Shown here: positions 55,514 through 64,000 of the stretch, in pieces | Position numbering within the stretch: the stretch's first letter is position 1 | Layout: each line of letters opens with the position of its first letter | Translations under genes and position numbers: made by a program | Notes under the pieces: model-generated | What the model saw: the letters and a program-made list of their open reading frames with translations, nothing else | What the model was told of the DNA's origin: nothing | The model's database searches: none | Assembly: GCA_003344405.1 (NCBI GenBank) | Contig: NOWV01000184.1 | Span: 62,001-126,000, forward strand | Length of the DNA stretch: 64,000 nt | From: Trichoplax sp. H2 | Lineage: Eukaryota | Direction of reading: 5' to 3'

Positions 55514-58500
55514 ATGAAAGGGGGAATTTCATATCTGATGGCTATTATACTTTTGGCTTGCTTAACGGCTACACTAGTGAAAATGACAGGTACAGTTATA
55601 GGATATATTACAACCATTTATCTTGCTTAAAACGAGCTTTAATTCAAAAATTGACTAATAACGAAAAATATGCATTTGGCGTATTAGAAATAGTTTTATA
55701 TTTTTATTCAATAATTAATTGAATAATTTTTATTACTCATTTAAAATCGATCAGCGGGTCAAGGTATTATGGGTGAATCTGTTAAATGTTCAAAAGAAGG
55801 GGAAATTATTAAGACGCTGATGGATAAAACCAGAAATCTGTGTATTATATGTGTCTGTAAAGTAGGTGATACAGTAGCTCCTGTAGATGTTGAACAGTAA
55901 ACTGAACTTGTCAATGGACTATAAGAAATTCTAAAATATACTTAAGAGCAAAAAAACTTGGACAATCACTTTGTATCTAGTTTAGGTCTCTCGATAAAGT
56001 TTTTATTCTTACTTAATTCTAAATTTGTATTTATAGAACAAAATTGCAGATTGCAGCAGTACTTGTCCTAAATTACCAGACAGTTGTACTACTTACGAAT
56101 ATCGAAAAGACTCCTGTTGTCGAATTTGTAAAGGTAAAGGCAATTTTAATATTTATCGAATTGATAAGAATATCTAAGTAACATTAATAGAATTTTGTCA
56201 TTTATTATCTTATCTTCCTTGCATAGTAGTATGATTACTAATCCTAAATGCAAAATTGGAAGCTACTTGTTTTATTATCGAGTACGGTTACGTCGTGATT
56301 AAATTTGATTCATATCAATAACATCTTCTTGTTATTTTATATCAAGAACCTTTAGAATTCGATATTTTTAGTCCATCATTCATTCAGTTGACGATTATCC
56401 TTGAATATTTACTGTATATAATCATAATTTCTGCACGTTGATTACCGTGTCCTTGTAACGGAGGTAATAAAACGTTTTCACATGCAGATATTACGTAACA
56501 GATCCTTACGACAATTCTTTTACTAATTTATCCTATTTGTGGTATACATATCTAAATATGCTTCTATCGAAATGAGACTTGACTTCTTATTTATATTCTA
56601 TTTGTAACCGTGATTAATTTTAACCGGATGTTACAATTTGTCCTTAATTGAAAATCCTTCAATTACATGATCTTAATGATAAATGATTACAAGTATCATA
56701 TCTCCAGGTCATTTTCTGTAATAATTACATTTCCTATTTGATTAAGAATACGTCAGATATTAGCCAACCATAACTAAATCATCAACCATAGGCCATACCA
56801 AAGACATAAAATCACATATAATGCTACTACCGTCAAACAATTTTATGATAAAAGGTAATCCCTTACTTACCATCATGTCGGAAATAATCTTTATCTGCAC
56901 CAAAAAATTTGCATTCCTTTTCAAAACCTGCATTAAATGCCTGTTTTGTCTTACCACATTAAATAAAAATTATTGGAGCATATTTAGGCATTGAATTGCT
57001 TCGAAAGATATGTCACAATTCCGAATGAATGCATTACTACTCTTAGACATATTAAGTAAACAAGGAATTAAATAAATTCTCCCTTCAGAATTTATTCTTC
57101 AACTCATAATAACAACCGTTATTTTATAAGTAAAAACCATGATAGAACTGCTGTCATATTACCCTGCGTAGTTGCAGTAAATCTTATTTAATAAACTAGT
57201 TTATAGTCCTTACCTTTATATGAACTGAATAAAAATTTCCATGAACAGCCGCTAACAAACATTAGAACCAATTCAAATTTTACTTTTGATAAAAATTGAC
57301 TCATAAGAATATTATGCTTAGCTTACTACTATAGCACACTAAATATTTACATGCTGCGTCAGTATAACTTAAAGAATATTGCTACAGATTTTCAAGCAAA
57401 TTTTATCACTACTAATTACTATTCTAATTTTTTTCTTAATTCTCAATATGAATTTCTATCCTACCTAACTTCCTAGCATTCATAAAGATATTAGCATTAA
57501 ATAGCTTTGAAAAGAGTACTGCATACGCGTATTTCCACTTTTTTATTATACCAGACTTGCATTTATTGTAATCTATAATCTTGCGATACCAATTTCAATT
57601 CCTATATCCGTATTGTAAGTGAGCTACAATTTGAGGTATTCCATCATTTTCTTCAGGTTGCACATTTAAAAATCGCATTTATAGTCACGACGAGAAATGG
57701 ACTATTCAAGTCAAAGATGGTGAGAAAAGTTATTGGAAAAGATTAATATGCCAAGTAAGACTTCGATTTAGCCGATAGTAACTGAATTTAATAATTTGCA
57801 GAGTAATCGGTATTCACCTAAGAATTTCTACTGAAGTATTCTTTTACTAAGGGCAAGATTAATGTATCGATTTCGTTAACTTGTGGATCACCCTAGTTAC
57901 CATAAATTTTAGCCGCAAGATATGCAATATATTCATGTCTGTTTAAAAATTCAGATCTCATGTTGCAATACAAAAGATACAGTCGTTAGAAAGTTAATAC
58001 TAATATTATAGAGAAATTCTGCTACATTGACCATGGATTGATTAACGTATTTCACCCCTATTATGTCTATTTAAAAAACTTACTTCTTAATACATATGAT
58101 CGGATTTGTAATATCTAGTACATAATCATTAATCATGGCCATAACTTTATACATCGGGTATACTTTCATTTTAATTGATACAGAATGGGTTAATAACCAT
58201 GCACAAAATCGAATGCTTCGTGCCGTGTAAAAACCCTATCTATCTGGATAATCATGAATGTCCAATCTGTGAAAGTGAGTGACTTTAAATACGAGGGTAT
58301 TAATTTGAAAGACAAGATGTGGATTCTAAATAGATATTTTTTTGCTTCTTATTATCTAAAAATAATCACTTCTACATTGCTTAAGTATTACTCATCCTTG
58401 TGTATTAAGTAATTACATCTTGTGGACTTTTAAGACTTCGTTAAACTAGATCTTGATTCATACTTGAAATTTAAGATAACTGCTAAATCTTTTTAATTTA

Positions 58501-61500
58501 TACTGCGCTTGCAGAAAGTGATTATCTCAATTCAATATATTTATATAGCAAAATAATTTAGCTTATTGATAGTTTTTTATAAAAGAGTTTTTGTATATAA
58601 CATCAAATTTAAATGCAGAAAATTTATTGGTCCTCTTACTTATTAAATGGGTATTTTTGGTTTCACTTAGAATGCAAATTTCATGGGAAAAAATATAATG
58701 AAGGAGAATTATTTGCACCATTAGCAGACAAAAACGTTATATGTACCTGTAAGGTAAATCAATACAAATTACTAATTATATAAAGGTACCAAACTTTTAT
58801 CATTTTATACAGTAGTAGCTATCTTAATAGGAGAAAAAAGTTATAATTTCAATATAATACATATTTTGCAATCAAATACTAAGTGATAAAATTACTAATT
58901 TAGTATCACTATCATCTACTAATATTATAGCTAATAGTTTATTATTTCAAGAGTTTGGTTATTAATATACCTGCTAAGTGGCTTCAACGAAGTTACTCAA
59001 TAAGCTATTTGTAAATGGAAATTTGCATAAATAGGGGAAGGTCTTGACATGTATGAAAAAAGTCTGCCCGATATTATCTTGCCATCCAGAAACACGAGTA
59101 GTGGTTGAATATGAGCCTGGTTTATTTTGTCAAATCTGTTCAAGTATGATTTCAAGTCGTCTGCTAATTATTTGACTTCAATTCTTACAGTCACTCAATT
59201 ATATAGGTCGCAAGTTGTAAATATTTTGATAGAGCCTTCTATTTACTTTCAGCTAAACCGAGAGAAATAATTTTTCCAGGATCATGTACAGTCAATAATA
59301 AATTCATGATGAATGAACAAATTATAGAGTTGGATTCATGTAGTCGTTGTAAATGCCGGGTGAGTCTCATATTAACCTCTTAAAATTTAAGAAAGCGTAT
59401 TTCTGTAATAATATTATCTTAACTCACATACTATAATACCAATTTGGCTACGATGAATTCACAGAACTCTACAGCAACTTGCAATAAGAAAATTTCCCAA
59501 GCCATTAGCCTATGTGAAACCAAAAAAGAAATATCTAAACCTTGCTCGAAATGTCTCGGTAAAGCAAATACAGTTACTAAATTTTAAATTAAGATATTAT
59601 ACATATCTTATAATTATATTTAAATCACTAAAAGAGTCGGCAGTAATTTTGCTATCGATGGTACCTGATATTTCTATTAGAATTACTTTAATAATAAATT
59701 ATAAGCACCATACCTTTTTGCGCATAGCGACCGTGATGCTGAATTATAAGAACAAAATATAAATATATTTATATTTCATTTTTTTAGGGTTATCTACTGT
59801 AAATTGTGAATTGAATGGCTTTAGATACCAAGTAAGTACAATATTGTAAATGAGTGGAGTATCATGAGACCGATTTTAATTACAGTAATAGTTACAGAAG
59901 TAGCTCCAATACATTTAATCATATTCTCATGTCTTCACACTTATGATCTGCTATGTCTTGCTGCAAATTAGATTAATTCGTTGAATAAGTAAAACCACTT
60001 TAGCTTCTATATCAAAGTAATGTAGTAGTTTGAACGTCATAACAAGGAACAAACATTTTTGTCTAGTAATTTTCGTAAACATTGATAGATTGCTGAGAGT
60101 AGCTGAATGTGAATTATCCGTATCTTTCTTTGGTAATTACACAACCGTAGTCTGTGATATTTATTGCGCATTCAATAGTATAAATTAAGAAAAATACTGT
60201 CATTAAAATATATTTTGATTAATTTGATTGCTAAATAAAATTCACGTAACGGCCAATTCCGCTAATTTAGAATGGAAGCCAATGGGAAGAAGGTTGTAAA
60301 ACATGTTCCTGTAACAATAACGTGGTAAAGTGCAAAGCCATAACCTGTCCACCACTCCTATGCCCTAGCGTAAGTCATTGTAACGCTTAATTGTCATATT
60401 GTGCTAGATAAATGTGATTAATATCAGCAAAATCTTAGTATTTAACGGTATTGCTTTATGTTGACTGTGACGTCGATATTTTAGTTAAAGCTGACTAATA
60501 AAGTTATTAAATACCAATGTTTGATAATTAGGGCAAGCAACCATATTTTCTCCCTGGGAAGTGCTGTCCAGTAAGATGCCTCTCAGGTATTTTATAATAT
60601 TAATACAAAATTTAGATATTTAAAGGTTTGAATAGCAAAGTATCCAACTATTCTAGAATTTATTAACTAATTTATTATTCCAATGCAGCTACAGATACAT
60701 GCCGAGTTTATCAAGAATTTAATTCCGCTCATATTAGAACATTTGATAAGCACAATTATCCAATAAATGGCGGCTGCAAATATATCATCGCCAAGAGTTG
60801 TAAACCAGCTCTGGCAAATTTCACCATTTTAGGCCGGTTTGGAGCTCGTAGCTCTGATAATAAGCCACTATTAAGCCATGTTTACCTATACTTTGGAAAT
60901 TCTAACCAAATCGTACTATTACCAACAATGAGAGTAAAATATAATCAACGCAGCGTCAATTTGCCTTATCACCAATCCAATTTACTCCAAATTGAGACCT
61001 CATCTTCCTTGAAATCAATTATAGTCAAAACTAATTTTGGATTGCAACTAACATTTAGTAAAAAATCTGATCTAAGAATATACGCTTCACCCGATTATGT
61101 CGGAAAAGTTGGTGGTATTTGTGGCAATTACAACGGCAATAAGAATGACGATATCTCTATTATTAATGGAAACAGTAAAACCAAATTAAAAGATTTTTTA
61201 CTAAAGTGGAAAGTTGGCAAAGGTTGCAACAAATTTAAAGGTAATCATTTATTACCAACATCATGTAAAAAATTTTTACCTCAAAAAGCAGCTGCAGTTT
61301 GCATGTGGATTTACCAAGTTGATTTCCTGCCTTGTACTATCGATCGAAATAAGTATCATCAATTATGTTTGAACACAACATGCAATGATTGTCCTTACAG
61401 CAGTGCAGAAGTATGCGCATGCAAAATCCAGAAACAATATGCACTAGATTGCTTAACCATTAAGGGCATTAATATTCGTTGGGACATGCATAATAAATGT

Positions 61501-61524
61501 GCAGAATTGAGTTCAAAGCACTAA
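55514..61524 (+). CDS. BMPER: BMP-binding Crossveinless-2/BMPER-like secreted protein (signal peptide, 5 vWC, vWD, Cys-rich C8-like end), 13 exons, ~631 aa
   Basis: Exons 55514-55589, 55755-55861, 56037-56133, 57657-57754, 58184-58274, 58671-58753, 59035-59143, 59253-59359, 59465-59558, 59788-59831, 60271-60369, 60532-60586, 60689-61524; total 1896 nt in frame. Signal peptide MKGGISYLMAIILLACLTATLV; vWC1 GESVKCSKEGE...CIICVCKNK...CCRICKGC; VCPILSC in vWC3; vWD HIRTFD...GCKYII...GGICGNYNGNKNDD. Confidence 0.88.
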
Positions 61525-64000
61525 CCAACATACCTTTATAGAGCATTCAAACTTGAAAACATAATTAATAATATTTATCTATTTTGCCTTAAAATGGCGT
61601 ATAAATGTCAAGGGCCTCTATTCGTATGAATGTAGGTATTTTATTTAGAAAAATTAGAGCTATATCAAGTATGAATGCCCTAAGAATTGTCTTGCAAAAG
61701 CCATGTTTTAATAATAACCGTTCGAATTAGTACATAAAAATCCCTACTTACAAGAGCAAAGTGAAGAACCTTTTCCTTAAATTAATCTAATATATATTAT
61801 ATATATACATCAGAACCCTGATATTTTATTTCACATAAGTTGTTAACTTTAGAGTTTAATGTTTATTTAGTTATAATTTTTGTAAAATTTGTAGATTTAT
61901 TTTTAAATAAGAAAACAGCAATAGTTAATTTAGGTCTAAGTTGCAGCCCTAAGCATTAAATATAATTTACATTAAGAGGCTAGACTTTTTACAGATGCAA
62001 TATATTGAAATTTGTCATATACAATTAATTTCCGTAAGGTTTCAATGTTTAAGGTTAATAGAATTCAATTTTTAGGCATACTTCCTAATCTACGAATTTG
62101 TAGATTACTAAATGCTAATGAAGATGAATTAATTCTTGTAAAATTTCAAAAATTTATCTGACAAATATACTATCTTCAACCATAATAATTAATTAAATCA
62201 GCCTCTTGTACTACGTGAATTTTAAATCTATACGTTTGTAAATTTGGATTCATTATATGAATGCATTTCAACAGCAGTTAGGTCGCTGGCTCTATTTGAA
62301 TGTCCAGTATTTGTGGTTATTATTACGTAATATTGTAGAAGTTCAATTCATGATTTGGAACTATTGCAGATTTTAAAAGTTTAAAATGTTCAGATATTGC
62401 CTCATACTGGAAATTTGAAGAACTGACATTTATCAGTGCTTAAAGGAAACATAAACCATTTAGCTCTTGGGCTGAGGAGGATAATAGCTGCTATGGCGAT
62501 TAGACTATAGAGAAGATACCGAGAACTAGCACAGGTCCATGGCTACATTCTTAAGTTAATATTCGCGTATATATATATAATATATTAACATATACATTAT
62601 TAAGTTATCCTTTTACTTATGTCTTTAATTTTATATCAAAACGTCGTACATACGTTAATAATGGGATGATTGTACGCTCGGTAATTATAAAAATGATTCT
62701 GACATAAATAGTGCAATGCAATGATAGATTAAAATCAATAATTTAGTAAATAAATTAATTTAAAACTCTGTAAATTAATACAGCCAAAATGAAGGAGTGC
62801 TACTAAATTCTATGTTAGTAGTAAAACAGCGTACTAAATGCTAACCATTGCTATTCTAATTATAAGTATATACTGATTAATAATTATGTAATAAATCATT
62901 TTAAATGATTACTTATTACATTAAAGGATAATTTATAACATTAAATGGATTGTTATAAGTCTTAAATCATTGATTGACGTAAGAAAATATATGGAAATGC
63001 TACTGAATACTACATAAATCAAAAACTTGAGCCAAATGCTTATAGCTTCCTTTCAGATAGCATAATACTAACTGCATGCAAATATTTTGTTATAGTTGAA
63101 TACTAATTAATCAATATTCGCAATTTTTATGGCACTAAATTACAATAGATGGCTCGCGATTGAAGCAACTTTGCTAAGGCTTTGAATCATAAATGAATAG
63201 AAACTTAGCTTCAATGATTATACAAATTATCAGTAATTATAACGCTTCTCTAGGAAATCCTTTAACTGAATCGATCATGGTTGGGAATCTTTCAATTTTA
63301 CTACGAAATTTACTCTTACAGTCTAATATCGCCTTTAGCATAATTTATACCTAAGTATTGCAGTAAGTATTAATAAAATGACATTATCTCTTACCAGTTC
63401 ATGAATATTTTAAGATTAATATTTTGGTATCTTCATTAAGAGAGCAAGAGTTTATCAACATCTACCGTACCTTATAAAAAGTGCATTCTAGAGTAAAGCA
63501 ACAGTAAAATGGTCATTTATCATACTTATACATCTAAGCAACAACTTACTTCACATTAATTACCTTTATAGCTGAGTACAGGCCAAAAAGTGTAAATTTT
63601 CATATTGCATCATGCTCATCCAAAGCCATTTTCAGTTTCATACTTGGAATTCACAGTCACCATAGATTACCATTTTCTAAATTTGTAGTAGATCAAATAA
63701 TGATCTGAAAATTGAACAGTGCATCAATAAAATATTTAGAACGATTAATATCAAAGCTAGCCCTACAATCCCTGAAATAGAATTACACATAGTTTTTACA
63801 TGATCATATTCCGCTTTATTTATAAGCCATATAATTTTTTCTTCAATAAGTTTATAGCAATATTGTAGATAATTAATTTTGTACACACAACTTATATTGT
63901 GTGTCATTTATAAAATATGCTTCCAGATTTGCACCTAACTTAGTAAGCAATTGTTTAAATTGACCATGTGATTAAAGCTCCAGCAATGAAGAGCTGCGAA

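Overview
AT-rich, compact, intron-dense eukaryotic DNA from an early-branching animal. The gene content and short introns suggest a placozoan such as Trichoplax; this is an inference. Most ORF-track entries are exon fragments or noise. I rebuilt seven spliced genes by hand, six complete and in frame from ATG to stop: (1) the 3' end of a PDE1-like cyclic-nucleotide phosphodiesterase (+); (2) PIGZ/SMP3 GPI mannosyltransferase (-), head-to-head with (3) a zeta-type tubulin (+); (4) LARP4 (+), preceded by ~9 kb of non-coding DNA rich in TACAG/CTGTA palindromic repeats; (5) WDR86-like (+); (6) FLACC1/ALS2CR12-like coiled-coil gene (-), with a GC-AG intron and a perfect RFX X-box upstream; (7) after a ~15 kb gene desert, a BMPER/Crossveinless-2 gene (+) lacking the GDPH self-cleavage site and showing paired cysteine losses. 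An eighth, less certain 3-exon orphan gene lies at 26.5-27.4 kb. No rRNA, tRNA, CRISPR or recognisable transposon was seen. Family assignments rest on remembered motifs, not database searches.
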